A stretch of 64,000 nt of DNA from an uncultured Desulfospira sp. (GCA_963663165.1 OY760175.1:2368001-2432000), one strand, 5' to 3'; positions 29,810 through 40,392 are shown, numbered from the stretch's first letter. Notes: generated by a model not told the origin, from the sequence alone. Made by a program: numbers and translations.

Positions 29810-30436
29810 ATGATTTCCCGACTCAGACAGATCCGGCAGCAGTTTATTGAAAAAACCGCCAGGCAACCCAAGGGTGCCTGGGCCATAAAACAATACAACG
29901 ACCCCAAAGCCCATTACCGATCATTCAGGATTATCATGGAGGCATTGCATCTTTCACAAAAGGATGTGTATTGCGAGATCGGCTGCGGCGGCGGCGTTCT
30001 GTTAAACATGGCCATGGAAAAGGCAGGCAGCGGTGCGGCCCTGGACCACAGCCCTGATATGGTCCGTCTCTCCATTGAAAACAACCGGGATGCTGTGGAA
30101 AGCCACCGGCTTGAGATCCTTGCGGGAAACGCCGAAGCTCTGCCCTGGCCGTCCCGGCGGTTCACGGCCTGTGCCTGTGCCAACATGTTTTTCTTTGTTG
30201 AACACCCCGATGCGGCCCTGGCTGAAATTTTCAGGGTCCTTGCCCCGGGTGGCCGGTTCTCCATGGTCACAGCCGGACAAAGTCTTTTAACCCGGATCTC
30301 CATGGGGTGGTTCTACAGTCTGAACACCTATCCGGATGCGGTCATGGCCGCCATGATGAAAGAGGCAGGGTTTTCGGATATCCGGGTGAAAACGCAAAGG
30401 CCCGGCTTATCCCAGGTCTGCTATGCAAGGAAGTGA
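29810..30436 (+). CDS. Class I SAM-dependent methyltransferase
   Basis: EIGCGGG, LDHSPDM, EIFRVLAPGG; AGGAGG RBS. Confidence 0.9.
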   Translation: MISRLRQIRQQFIEKTARQPKGAWAIKQYNDPKAHYRSFRIIMEALHLSQKDVYCEIGCGGGVLLNMAMEKAGSGAALDHSPDMVRLSIENNRDAVESHRLEILAGNAEALPWPSRRFTACACANMFFFVEHPDAALAEIFRVLAPGGRFSMVTAGQSLLTRISMGWFYSLNTYPDAVMAAMMKEAGFSDIRVKTQRPGLSQVCYARK

Positions 30437-31444
30437 ACCCGGCAGCGCCTTTTGCCCGGGGCAGCTAAGCCGGAAGTCCGAAGGCCTTATGCCGTACTGT
30501 TTGTGAAAGGCCTGGGCAAAGTGGCTGGAACTGCAGAATCCTGCATCAAATGCCGCCTGGGTGATGCTCATTTTGTGCGTTTCAATCAGTTTTTTGGCAT
30601 ACTCCAGGCGCTGCCTTCTCAGATATTCGAACACGGTGCAGCCGAACACCTTTCTAAAGCCCCGGGTCAGGCGGGCATGGCTGATGCCCACAAGGCCTGC
30701 CAGTTCGGACAGGGACGGCGGATATTGCAGGCGGGAGACCAGAATGTCCCGGGCCGTTATGATGCGCTGCCGTTCATCGTCCCGGACCGGGGCCCCAGGG
30801 TCCGCCGGGGCGGTTGTGTCAAGGGCCTGGGACAGGATCAGTGCCACAAGCTCCATGGCCTTGCTTTCCAGAAAGATTCTGCGGATCATGCCCTGGTGGG
30901 GGCAGGCAAACATCTGGAACACAATGGACTGCATGGCAAAATCCATCTGCCGGGCAAACCGGCCGCAGCGCCGGGAAAGGCTGCGGAACAAAAGCGCATC
31001 CTCTTTTATGGAAAATTCCGGGGCCAGAAGCCTGTGCAAAAGACCGGGGGAAAAGTGGATGACCACGGCCTTAAGCTCTTTTCCCCCGGCGGTAATCCGT
31101 TCCAGCACCGGCTGTTCAAAATTTAAGATATCGGCCTGCCCGGCAGTGATGTCAAATGAGGCTGTTTTGTCCGGACTTCGGGTGCATGTGCCCCCGGACA
31201 GGCAGAAAACAAAGGAGATCCTTGGCGCGCTCCAGGTGATCCTGGCCTGGTAGTCCCGGATAAACCGGCAGTGGCTCATGCAAAGATCCATGCCCGGCCG
31301 GCAGGCCAGGTTATAGAACCTGCCCCGGCCAAGATCCGGCGGCAGGGGCCGCAGGGTCTCCCGGCCGGTCCCGCAGGACGGGCTTTGTGCGTCAAACCGG
31401 ATGAACTCTCCCCCGGGATTTCTGACTGTGATTTCAGGCGTCAT
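30407..31444 (-). CDS. AraC-family regulator, PchR/YbtA-like
   Basis: FLESKAMEL, PPSLSELAGLVG...GFRKVFGCTVFEYL, SHFAQAF. Confidence 0.92.
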   Translation of the reverse strand: MTPEITVRNPGGEFIRFDAQSPSCGTGRETLRPLPPDLGRGRFYNLACRPGMDLCMSHCRFIRDYQARITWSAPRISFVFCLSGGTCTRSPDKTASFDITAGQADILNFEQPVLERITAGGKELKAVVIHFSPGLLHRLLAPEFSIKEDALLFRSLSRRCGRFARQMDFAMQSIVFQMFACPHQGMIRRIFLESKAMELVALILSQALDTTAPADPGAPVRDDERQRIITARDILVSRLQYPPSLSELAGLVGISHARLTRGFRKVFGCTVFEYLRRQRLEYAKKLIETHKMSITQAAFDAGFCSSSHFAQAFHKQYGIRPSDFRLSCPGQKALPGSLPCIADLG

Positions 31445-31668
31445 GGCCTTTTCTCTCCAAGGCGTGTTTTTAAAATCCAGCTAAAAAGTTATGATTTCCT
31501 AATCAATAATACAATATCATTCTTTTTTCAATATTCTTTATTGTTCCTGAAATGTTCAAAAATGTTCCGCATTTTATATTTTTCGGATCACGACCCGGGG
31601 TAATAAACACTGTGAACAACCTGCTGTGCAGGAAAATATGAACCATCATCCCGGGAGAAAAAAACATC

Positions 31669-33768
31669 ATGAAAAACAAGAGAAAACCGGGCCGGTTTGT
31701 TTCGGCCCTGATATTAACGGCCGCCTTCTTAATGCTGCCCGGCCGGGTATTCTGCCAAGAGGACAGGGGCAGTGAAGACAAAAGCCGGATCACGTCCCTT
31801 GGGGACACCGTTGTCACGGCCCGCAAACAAAAAGATCTTGAAATGGATCTGCCCGGCAGCATCAGCGTGGTGGACGAGCAGACCATGGACGAGTTTAGCA
31901 TCCGCACCACCGAAGAAATGACAAGGGTTGTGCCGAATCTGTATTTTAAAACCGCCACCTCGGGCGATACCTTTGTCAGCCGGGGAATCTCCACCATTGA
32001 CACCGCCCTTTTCTCCCCCATGGGGTTTTATGTGGACGGTGTGGCGTCATCCTTGAGCTATATGCTTGACATGCCTTTATTCGACATTGAACAGGTGGAG
32101 GTACTCAAAGGCCCCCAATCCACCCTGTACGGGAAAAACAGTTCCTCCGGGGTGATCAACATGACCCTTGCCTCCCAGGGCAATGAGTTCAGATCAAAGG
32201 TGATGCTTGAAGCAGGCTCTTACAACACATTTACGGGCGGTGCCATGGTGGGCGGCCCCATTAAAGAGGATACCCTTTTTTATACCCTGTCTTTGCTTGG
32301 CACAAGATCGGACGGGTATATGGACAACACCACCTTAGACAGTGATACGGCTAGCGATGACAGGACGTTTTCCGGCAGGGCCGGTCTGCGCTTCACCCCG
32401 TCCGCGGATCTGGATATCGCCCTTTCCCTGGACGGCACTGACCGGGACATGGGCATTGATGAACTGCGCTATAAAGATGGTGTCAGTGCATCCGACCGGT
32501 ATGATGTGGTGAACAACCAGGCGTCCCGGGCAGACCAGAAGAGCCTGAACCAGTCCGCCCACGTCAAATACAGTTTCAAGGATATGCAGCTTGCCTCCAT
32601 CACCTCCCACCAGGATTTCAACCGGGAGCATACCATGGATTCGGACCGCAGTGCCTCAGCATTGGGGGTCTCCCATATCGACCTGGACCAGGAAATTTGG
32701 GCCCAGGAGCTGCGGCTGTCCTCCAAGTCCCCGGGATTTTTCTCCTCCTGGCTGATCGGTGCCTGGGCCTCGTCTGAAAGCATTGACAATGACTGGCAGC
32801 TTGACCATGTGCGGCCGGCACTTGCCAACCAGCGGATCACGGAATCAGACACCGACAGCCTGGCGCTCTTCGGCCAGGTCTCAAAAGCGTTGACCCGTCA
32901 GCTCACAGCCACGGCTGGGCTTCGCCTGGACCACGTTTCAGCTTCCGGCACCCAGGACTACACCCGCACAGGCGCAACAACCCGGTTCAGCGAAGATATC
33001 AGCGATACCGAACTGTTGCCCATGGCATCCCTGTCCTGGAAATTCAACGACCAGGCCACCGGATATTTAAGTTATTCCACGGGCTGGATGGCCGGGGGAT
33101 ATGACTACTACTCGGCGGCTTCCCAGGCCGATTTTGCCTATGACCCCGAATTCACGCAAAATTTTGAGGCGGGTCTGAAAACCGCCTTTTTTGACAACCG
33201 GGTCCGGGCCAACCTGTCCGTTTTTTATACCGATATAGAAGACAAGCAGATCAGGGAAGAGGTGATCGGCGGCGGCGTGGGCGCCTGGAAAATCACCAAT
33301 GCGGCCAGTGCCCACACAAAAGGGGTGGAGCTTGAGATCCGGGCCCTTCCCACCCGCCATCTTGAGCTGTTCACAGGCCTTGGCTATACCCGGTCCGAAA
33401 TTGACGACTGGACAGGCACAGCGAATGGCCAGGCCATGGACTACAGCGGCAACACCCTGCCCTGGGCCCCGGATCTCACCGCCAATGCAGGTATCAGCTA
33501 TACCAGCGACAGCGGCTGGTATGGAAACATCCTGATCTTCTGGGCCGGAAAACAGTACTTTGATGCCGCCAACACCCTGGAAGACGACGGCTACGCACTG
33601 GTCAACCTGAAAACCGGCTACCGGTTCGGCCGGTACGACATCTCCATCTGGTGTAAAAATCTGTTTGACGAAGAATATGCCCAGAAAAAAGTCAAATCAA
33701 ACGGGTATACCCTGGTGGAAGACGGCGATCCCATGACAGTGGGTGTCACCCTTATCTGGAGGTTTTAA
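31669..33768 (+). CDS. TonB-dependent receptor
   Basis: DTVVTARK, EQVEVLKGPQSTLYGKN, terminal WRF. Confidence 0.93.
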   Translation: MKNKRKPGRFVSALILTAAFLMLPGRVFCQEDRGSEDKSRITSLGDTVVTARKQKDLEMDLPGSISVVDEQTMDEFSIRTTEEMTRVVPNLYFKTATSGDTFVSRGISTIDTALFSPMGFYVDGVASSLSYMLDMPLFDIEQVEVLKGPQSTLYGKNSSSGVINMTLASQGNEFRSKVMLEAGSYNTFTGGAMVGGPIKEDTLFYTLSLLGTRSDGYMDNTTLDSDTASDDRTFSGRAGLRFTPSADLDIALSLDGTDRDMGIDELRYKDGVSASDRYDVVNNQASRADQKSLNQSAHVKYSFKDMQLASITSHQDFNREHTMDSDRSASALGVSHIDLDQEIWAQELRLSSKSPGFFSSWLIGAWASSESIDNDWQLDHVRPALANQRITESDTDSLALFGQVSKALTRQLTATAGLRLDHVSASGTQDYTRTGATTRFSEDISDTELLPMASLSWKFNDQATGYLSYSTGWMAGGYDYYSAASQADFAYDPEFTQNFEAGLKTAFFDNRVRANLSVFYTDIEDKQIREEVIGGGVGAWKITNAASAHTKGVELEIRALPTRHLELFTGLGYTRSEIDDWTGTANGQAMDYSGNTLPWAPDLTANAGISYTSDSGWYGNILIFWAGKQYFDAANTLEDDGYALVNLKTGYRFGRYDISIWCKNLFDEEYAQKKVKSNGYTLVEDGDPMTVGVTLIWRF

Positions 33769-33770
33769 TC

Positions 33771-34835
33771 ATGACCACAAAAAAAAGTTTCCCCCCGGCC
33801 CTTGGGCCTTTGTTCGATATCTTCACAGGCCCGGTCAAAATGGCGGTGATACAGGCGGCTATCGAATTGTCCATGGCCGATATCCTGGAAAGTGAAATGA
33901 CTGCGGACCAGGTGGCTGACAGGCTCAACGCCCGGGCCAACCCTACAGGCCTTTGCTGTTTTCTGGACAGCATGGCAGGCCTGGGGCTTTTGACCAAAAC
34001 CCAAGGGGTGTACAAAAACACTGAATTTACCAACGCCTATCTGCGCTCAAAAAGTCCCTTGTTCATGGGGCCGTTCATCGCGCGGATGACAGCCATGCAG
34101 CATAAGAACCTGGACAGAATCGCCCGGCTGGTCACAACCGGGCCGCCCTCCCTGGATGAAGAGCAGACCCTTCAGACCGAAGCCAGGTGGGAAAAAGCTG
34201 CCGCAGACCTGGCAGTATACCAGCAGGCAGGTGCGGCACTGAAAGCCTCCGACCTGATGTCCTCTCTGCCCGAATTTGAACAGGCGAAAAAACTTCTGGA
34301 CCTTGGCGGGGGACCGGGACTGATCGGGGCCACCATTGTCAGGCGGCATCCTTCTATGACCGGCGTGCTGCTGGATCTTGGCGCCATTATCCGCCAGGCG
34401 CAAAAACATATCCAAAACGTTGGCATGGCCGACCGGATCTCCTTTATTGCCGGAGACTATAATGAGGTGGACTTAGGATGCGGGTATGACCTGGTCTGGG
34501 CCAGCCATAATCTTTATTATGTTAAAGATAAACTTCACTTTTTCAAACGGCTGAAAAACGCCATGACGCCAAATGGTGTGCTGCTGTGCCTGCACGAGGG
34601 CCTTACCCATGAACGCACCCGGCCGGCCCCCATTATCCTGTCCCGGCTCTCCCTGGCCCTGGAAGGCCAGGATGTCTCCTTTAACAGGGGCGAGCTTGCA
34701 GACTACCTTCGCAGGGCGGGATTTGCCAATGTGGAGAGCCGGTCGGTGGAGTTTGGTTTTGGGGAAAGTGAGCTGGTTATTGCACGTATACAAAAGGCCG
34801 GGCAACAAAAGCCAAAGGAGCAGGGGCAGCCATGA
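33771..34835 (+). CDS. O-methyltransferase (dimerisation domain plus Methyltransf_2)
   Basis: AAIELSMADIL N-terminus, LLDLGGGPG, RISFIAGDY. Confidence 0.88.
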   Translation: MTTKKSFPPALGPLFDIFTGPVKMAVIQAAIELSMADILESEMTADQVADRLNARANPTGLCCFLDSMAGLGLLTKTQGVYKNTEFTNAYLRSKSPLFMGPFIARMTAMQHKNLDRIARLVTTGPPSLDEEQTLQTEARWEKAAADLAVYQQAGAALKASDLMSSLPEFEQAKKLLDLGGGPGLIGATIVRRHPSMTGVLLDLGAIIRQAQKHIQNVGMADRISFIAGDYNEVDLGCGYDLVWASHNLYYVKDKLHFFKRLKNAMTPNGVLLCLHEGLTHERTRPAPIILSRLSLALEGQDVSFNRGELADYLRRAGFANVESRSVEFGFGESELVIARIQKAGQQKPKEQGQP

Positions 34836-35821
34836 AAATATCCGGCATGAAATGTTCCAGGATAACCCCGCCCCGGATGGTGCTGCTGGTTTTGGCCCTT
34901 GTTGTCAGCATGGCCCGCCCCGGTACCTGCGCACAGCGCTTCTGCATCACAGGCCCGGCGGTGGCTGAAAGCCTGGTTTTTGCCGTCATGGCAGAGCAGG
35001 AACTTGCAGGCCCCGGCATTGAATTTATCATGTGGAACTCGCCGGACCAGGCCCGGGCCATGATTGCCTCGGGCAGGACCCAGGCCTCTTTGATCACCAC
35101 CACCGGGGCGGCCACATTTTACAACAAAGGGGTCCGGGTGGGGATTGCCGGGGTGTTTTCATCTGCGCTGTGGGTGGTCAGCACCGAGACCTTTAACCGG
35201 ACGCCTTTGACCGGTACGATTCTCTTCCCCTTCGGCCCCGGGGAGATGCCCGGCCTTGTGTTCCGGGCCGCCATGGGGGAGAGCACACCAGACCTTGCCG
35301 TCCAGCATACGGGCGGGGCCATGGAAGCGGTCAACCGGCTGCTCATGGGCAGGGCAGGACACGCCCTGCTTGCGGAGCCTGCCGCCTCCCTGGCCGTGGT
35401 CCGTTCCAGGGAGCTGAACAATGCCCCCCGGTTGTTCAAGCACATGGATCTTCGGGACATCTGGTCCAAAAAGTTCAATGACCGCCCCTTGTGCGTAAGT
35501 TGCCTTGCACTTTTCGGTGATGCGGTTGACCGGCCGGACCGGATTAAAAAAATTATCAGCGGATACGGCCTTGCCCTGGAATGGATCAAGGCCCACCCAG
35601 AGCAAACCCATGCCTTGGCCGTTAAAAAATTTCCGGTCCTGGCGGTTTTGCCTACAGGCCGGTCCGGCGGTGCCGGTATCCTGCGAACAGACAACAACGC
35701 CTTGGATGGGGCCCGTTTTTTCCTTGAAAAAATTTTTGCCATGGATCCTGACGCCCTAGGCGGAAAACTGCCGGGCCCAGGACTGTTTATGAATCAGGCC
35801 AAGATGGGACAAAGATCTTAA
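34832..35821 (+). CDS. ABC substrate-binding protein, SsuA/TauA/NMT1-like
   Basis: Signal peptide, ALLAEPAAS motif, precedes permease and ATPase. Confidence 0.75.
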   Translation: MKISGMKCSRITPPRMVLLVLALVVSMARPGTCAQRFCITGPAVAESLVFAVMAEQELAGPGIEFIMWNSPDQARAMIASGRTQASLITTTGAATFYNKGVRVGIAGVFSSALWVVSTETFNRTPLTGTILFPFGPGEMPGLVFRAAMGESTPDLAVQHTGGAMEAVNRLLMGRAGHALLAEPAASLAVVRSRELNNAPRLFKHMDLRDIWSKKFNDRPLCVSCLALFGDAVDRPDRIKKIISGYGLALEWIKAHPEQTHALAVKKFPVLAVLPTGRSGGAGILRTDNNALDGARFFLEKIFAMDPDALGGKLPGPGLFMNQAKMGQRS

Positions 35822-36592
35822 ATGGCATCCAAAACAAAGAAAACCCGTGTCAAGGTCCTGGTGTTCACGGTTCTGGGGGTGGCGGCCTTAGGTTTTGCCT
35901 GGCACAGGGCAGGGCTTGTTTTTTCAGGGCTGGTCGTGCCCCGCCCCATGGAAACAGTGGCGGCCGCAGCCCGCCTGCTGTGCGATCAAGCCTTTTGGGC
36001 AGACCATTTGTGGATCAGTCTGAAACGCATGGCCTTGGCCCTGGGGGCAGGCGTTGTCATCGGCTCAACGCTTGGGGTTTGTGCAGGGCTTGTGCCCTGG
36101 TTCCGGGCCTTTGTGGAGCCTTTGCGCTGGATTCTGACCACCGTGCCCGGGGTGGTGATCGTCATTGTGTTCATGCTCTGGTTCGGCATGGGCGACACCA
36201 TGGTGATCGCCATTGCATCCGCCATGGGCGCCCCCATTATTTTTGTCAATCTGGCCGATGCCATGGCCCGGGTGGATGATCAACTGCTGGAAATGGCAAA
36301 GGCCTACCGGCTCAGCCCCTGGACCCGGCTGACAAAAATCTATGCCATGGCCGGGGCAGGCCCCTTTTTTTCCGCTCTGGTCCTGGCCGCCGGCACCATT
36401 GTCCGGGTGGCGGTGCTGGCCGAAGTGCTGGGGGCGGCCCAGGGCATCGGCCACTGCATGGCCGTTGCCCGGACCCGGCTGGACACACCGGCCCTGTATG
36501 CCCTGGCACTGATCAGCATGTGTGCGGCAGGCGGTGCGGAATTTTTCATCTTCCGCCCCCTGGAACGGCGCATGACCGGCCGGTGGAAATGA
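35822..36592 (+). CDS. ABC permease, SsuC/TauC-like
   Basis: HLWISLKR, VDDQLLEMAKAY EAA-type loop, AEVLGAAQGIG. Confidence 0.88.
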   Translation: MASKTKKTRVKVLVFTVLGVAALGFAWHRAGLVFSGLVVPRPMETVAAAARLLCDQAFWADHLWISLKRMALALGAGVVIGSTLGVCAGLVPWFRAFVEPLRWILTTVPGVVIVIVFMLWFGMGDTMVIAIASAMGAPIIFVNLADAMARVDDQLLEMAKAYRLSPWTRLTKIYAMAGAGPFFSALVLAAGTIVRVAVLAEVLGAAQGIGHCMAVARTRLDTPALYALALISMCAAGGAEFFIFRPLERRMTGRWK

Positions 36593-36628
36593 CACATAAA
36601 AAAAGAAGCATAAAATAAGCATCCTGCC

Positions 36629-37285
36629 ATGAACACCCCTTTGGAATATGAAAAAGACAAGGCAGTCCCATCGGATCCTGTCCTGATTTTTGACGATGTA
36701 ACAATGGCCTTTGGCAAAAGAACGCTTTTTGAAAGGTTCAGCCTGACACTGGGCCCCGGGGAGGTGATCGGTCTTCACGGCCCCAGCGGAACCGGAAAAT
36801 CCACCCTGCTGAAAATGGCCGCAGGGTTGATCTGCCCGGTGAAAGGCCGGGTAACAGGGCCAAAGGGACCCATGGGGTATGTATTCCAGGAACCCCGGCT
36901 CATCCCATGGTACACGGCCCTGGAAAACATCTGTATTGCCCTGACGGCCCGGGGGCTGACCATGGCTGACGCCCGCAGGACAGCCGCCAGGCATCTTTCA
37001 GACATGGGCCTGGAATCCTTTGAAAATCACTACCCGGGACAGCTGTCCGGGGGCATGAACCAGCGGGTCTCCATGGCCCGGGCCCTGGCCGTCAATCCCA
37101 CCTTACTGCTGCTGGACGAACCCTTCACCGGCCTGGACCCGGCCTTGAAATCCCACGTCCGGGAAACCCTTGCCAGGACAGTGGCGGACCAGGGCATCAG
37201 CGTTCTCCATGTCACCCATGACACCAATGAGTTTCTGCCGGCCACCCGGAAACTGATCCGCCTTGGCCCCGGGCAGTGGTGTTGA
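36629..37285 (+). CDS. ABC ATPase, SsuB/TauB-like
   Basis: GPSGTGKS, VFQEPRLIPW, LSGGMNQR, LDEPFTGLD. Confidence 0.92.
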   Translation: MNTPLEYEKDKAVPSDPVLIFDDVTMAFGKRTLFERFSLTLGPGEVIGLHGPSGTGKSTLLKMAAGLICPVKGRVTGPKGPMGYVFQEPRLIPWYTALENICIALTARGLTMADARRTAARHLSDMGLESFENHYPGQLSGGMNQRVSMARALAVNPTLLLLDEPFTGLDPALKSHVRETLARTVADQGISVLHVTHDTNEFLPATRKLIRLGPGQWC

Positions 37286-37368
37286 GCCGGTGGGCAAGTG
37301 CCACCATGGTTTTTATTTTTCACCGGTTCGTCAATGGCTTTTTGAATATGCAGTTCATGATCCGGGGT
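37277..37368 (-). repeat. Degenerate ~90-bp copy of ABC gene segment 46232-46321
   Basis: TGGTGTTGAGCCGGTGGGCAA...TTCGTCAATGGCTTTTTGAATATGCAGTTCAT present at both loci in the same orientation. Confidence 0.88.
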
Positions 37369-37602
37369 TATTTTTCTTTGCCTCTGCCGCTCTCACCTAC
37401 CATGGTGTGGTATTCTTTGGGCAGGGCTAAGATAAAATCTTAGGCATTAAATTTTGCTTTCAACAATCTGAAAGTTGCTTACACAATCAGCCTGTCCCCT
37501 TTATTTCAGCTTTATCAAAAAACATGTAAAAACAATTAGTTATCATCGCATTACATTCTATTTTAACGGTTTTTAACAGTAATTTTCTCATAAAAAAAAC
37601 AG

Positions 37603-40392
37603 ATGTTTTGTGATAGACATGTGCTGGTTTATATAAGAGTGGTGGATGTTAAATTCGGTATGCAGCAGACATGGGAGAATCTTAAGCAATTTATGTTGAA
37701 AAGATTTGTGGAGATTTGTTTAATCACGGCTGAGCTGAACAAATCCAAAAGATTGTGGCGGCGGCTCTTTCCTATTATTTTTTTATCTTTTATCTTCTGC
37801 CACACCGCCTGGGCAAGTCCGGTTCTGAACATGAGGATCACCAACGTCAGGGGCAATCAGTTTACCGTGTCCTGGACCACGGCAGACAACGTTGTGGGAG
37901 AGGTGCGCTACGGTTCATCCATCTTAGATACGGATACCTGGACGAGTGCATCTGATTACAGAGGCTCCGTATCCGATGACGTTCACCATGTCACCATATC
38001 GAACCTCACACCTGAACAGACTGTTTATTTTGAAATCATTTCAGGCACAACCACCGATAATAACGGTAGCGCCTATTACAGCATCAATCCAGGACCCGCC
38101 ATTACCCCGCCCCCCGGATCATGCCAGCCTGCCGGAAAAGTGTTCAAGGATACCGGAAAAACAAGCCCGGCCTATGCCACCATTGTCTATGTCACCATTA
38201 AAGGCGATCCCGACTCAGCCACAGAATCGGTTATGGTGACCTCGGGTACTTCCGGATACTGGTTCCTGGAACTTTCCAATTTTAGAACAGCAGATTATAG
38301 CGCACTTTACAATACCGACATCGAATCGGTCTGCGGCACCCAGGAGATTCTGGTGGAAGCACAGGCAGGCAACAATGGCACCGCCCAGATGACGACCTTT
38401 TCCCAGGATTATCTGGAAAACGGGCTGCTTACAGCTTTAATTCTGGTGCCTGCCGCAACCCTTTCCACCACGGCAACTGATCCCACAAACGAGTCTCCCA
38501 TCCCGTTGACTGTGACCTTCAGCGAGCAGGTGACAGGATTTACCATTGACGACCTTGTGGTCGGCAACGGCACGGCCGCTGATCTTACCGAAATAACAAC
38601 CGGACAGGTATACAGCGTTAACATCACCCCCACAGCCGATGGCGAGGTCACCGTGGATATCGGTGCCGATGCTGCCCTGGACGCGGATGGAAACGCCGGC
38701 ACCGCAGCCGATCAGCTTACCCTGACCTATGACGGCACCCCGCCCTCGGTAACCCTTTCCACCACGGTTTCAAGTCCTGTCAACGCATCCCCCATCCCGG
38801 TCACCGTGACCTTCAGCGAACAGGTGACCGGATTTACCATTGATGACCTTGTGGTCGGCAATGGCACGGCTGCTGATTTTACCGAAACAACAGCCGGACA
38901 GGAATGGAGCGTTAACATCACCCCCACAGCCGATGGCGAGGTCACCGTGGATGTCGGTGCAGACGCGGCCCTGGACGCTGCGGGAAGCGGCAGCACCGCA
39001 GCCGTCCAGCTCAGCCTGACCTATGACGCCACCTCGCCTTCGGTAACCCTTTCCACTACAGCAACCGATCCCACAAACGAATCCCCCATACCGGTCACCG
39101 TGACCTTCAGTGAAAAGGTGACAGGGTTTGCCATTGACGACCTTGTGGTCGGAAACGGCACGGCTGCTGATTTCACCGAAAACACAACCGCACAGGTATG
39201 GACCGTTAACATCACCCCGGCAGTCGATGGCGAGGTCACCGTGGATATCGGTGCAGGCGCGGCCCTGGACGCTGTGGGAAAGGCCAGCACCGCAGCCGTT
39301 CAGCTCAGCCGGACCTATGACAGCACCATCGACACGGTGGATACGGACACGGACAACGACGGCCTTTCCGACGAGTGGGAAACCGCAAACGGCACAGACC
39401 CCGACAATCCGGACACGGACGGAGACGGCCTTTTTGACGGGGATGAAATCGAGGCAGGAGAAGATCCCGCAACGTACTCCGGGCCGGGGATTGCCCAACT
39501 GGTCTCCCCCATGGGCGGGGATGTTGCTGAGCTGCCGGTGCAACTCTTGGTGGAATATGCGGCGTCGGCCGACCCGGACATGCACGGGTCCACCCGGTGG
39601 CAGATCGCTTTGGACAGCGATTTTTCAACCGTGATTCTGGATATCTCGTCGGAAGAGCACCTGCTGCTTCTAAGGGTTCCGGAACAGGTTCTCACGGCGG
39701 AGACAGCCTGCTTCTGGCGTGCCAGATTTGTGGGGACAAACGGGTATGAAAGGGCGTGGTCTGATGTGGCATCTTTCACCACCGGGTCAGCCGCCTTTGA
39801 AGACAACAACGCAAACGGCATTCCAGACGACCAGGAGGCCTTGGACGATGAAACCATGGATATGGTTCCGGAAACCGGGGAGGACTGGGATGAGACCCTG
39901 CACAGCATCTCCATTCTAGGCGACTATGGCACCCCGATCGTGTCAAGCCTCCAGCTTCACAGCGACACAGATCTTGAATACTTCGGCCACACGGCAACTG
40001 CCGATCTCCAGGATGAAGATGCCAACACCTGTCCGGGGGATCTTATCATGGGCGTTTTTACCTTCCGGCTAAAAGTGCCCGAAGCCGGGGCCACCACCGC
40101 TGTCCGTCTCTGTTTTTCGCCGTCGCTTCTGGATGACAGCACCCTTTATTACAAATTCGACACGGTATCCGGCTGGGTCGACTACAGCGATGCCGTCAGT
40201 ACCGGTGATGATCCGGCCTGTATCACCGTGGAAATTACGGACGGCGGTTTCTGGGATGCCGACGGCGTTGCCAACGCAATCATCGTGGATCCCCTGGGGG
40301 CCGCCACGGAAAAGATCGGGGATAATGGCGAAGATGGCAGAACCGGCGGAGGAAATGGCGGGTGTTTTATCAACAGCCTGATAAATTTTTAA
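37603..40392 (+). CDS. Large secreted/surface protein: FN3-like domain, three Ig-like repeats, Asp-rich Ca-binding repeats, choice-of-anchor-U-like domain, GGCFI C-terminal tag
   Basis: Signal ...FCHTAWA; VTFSEQVTGF repeats; DTDNDGLSDEWE; ITDGGFWDADGVANAIIVDP; GGGNGGCFINSL. Start uncertain (37603, 37693 or 37753). Confidence 0.8.
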   Translation: MFCDRHVLVYIRVVDVKFGMQQTWENLKQFMLKRFVEICLITAELNKSKRLWRRLFPIIFLSFIFCHTAWASPVLNMRITNVRGNQFTVSWTTADNVVGEVRYGSSILDTDTWTSASDYRGSVSDDVHHVTISNLTPEQTVYFEIISGTTTDNNGSAYYSINPGPAITPPPGSCQPAGKVFKDTGKTSPAYATIVYVTIKGDPDSATESVMVTSGTSGYWFLELSNFRTADYSALYNTDIESVCGTQEILVEAQAGNNGTAQMTTFSQDYLENGLLTALILVPAATLSTTATDPTNESPIPLTVTFSEQVTGFTIDDLVVGNGTAADLTEITTGQVYSVNITPTADGEVTVDIGADAALDADGNAGTAADQLTLTYDGTPPSVTLSTTVSSPVNASPIPVTVTFSEQVTGFTIDDLVVGNGTAADFTETTAGQEWSVNITPTADGEVTVDVGADAALDAAGSGSTAAVQLSLTYDATSPSVTLSTTATDPTNESPIPVTVTFSEKVTGFAIDDLVVGNGTAADFTENTTAQVWTVNITPAVDGEVTVDIGAGAALDAVGKASTAAVQLSRTYDSTIDTVDTDTDNDGLSDEWETANGTDPDNPDTDGDGLFDGDEIEAGEDPATYSGPGIAQLVSPMGGDVAELPVQLLVEYAASADPDMHGSTRWQIALDSDFSTVILDISSEEHLLLLRVPEQVLTAETACFWRARFVGTNGYERAWSDVASFTTGSAAFEDNNANGIPDDQEALDDETMDMVPETGEDWDETLHSISILGDYGTPIVSSLQLHSDTDLEYFGHTATADLQDEDANTCPGDLIMGVFTFRLKVPEAGATTAVRLCFSPSLLDDSTLYYKFDTVSGWVDYSDAVSTGDDPACITVEITDGGFWDADGVANAIIVDPLGAATEKIGDNGEDGRTGGGNGGCFINSLINF
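38458..39325 (+). repeat. Three tandem 294-bp (98-aa) intragenic Ig-domain repeats
   Basis: ACCCTTTCCAC unit starts at 38458, 38752 and 39046. Confidence 0.92.
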
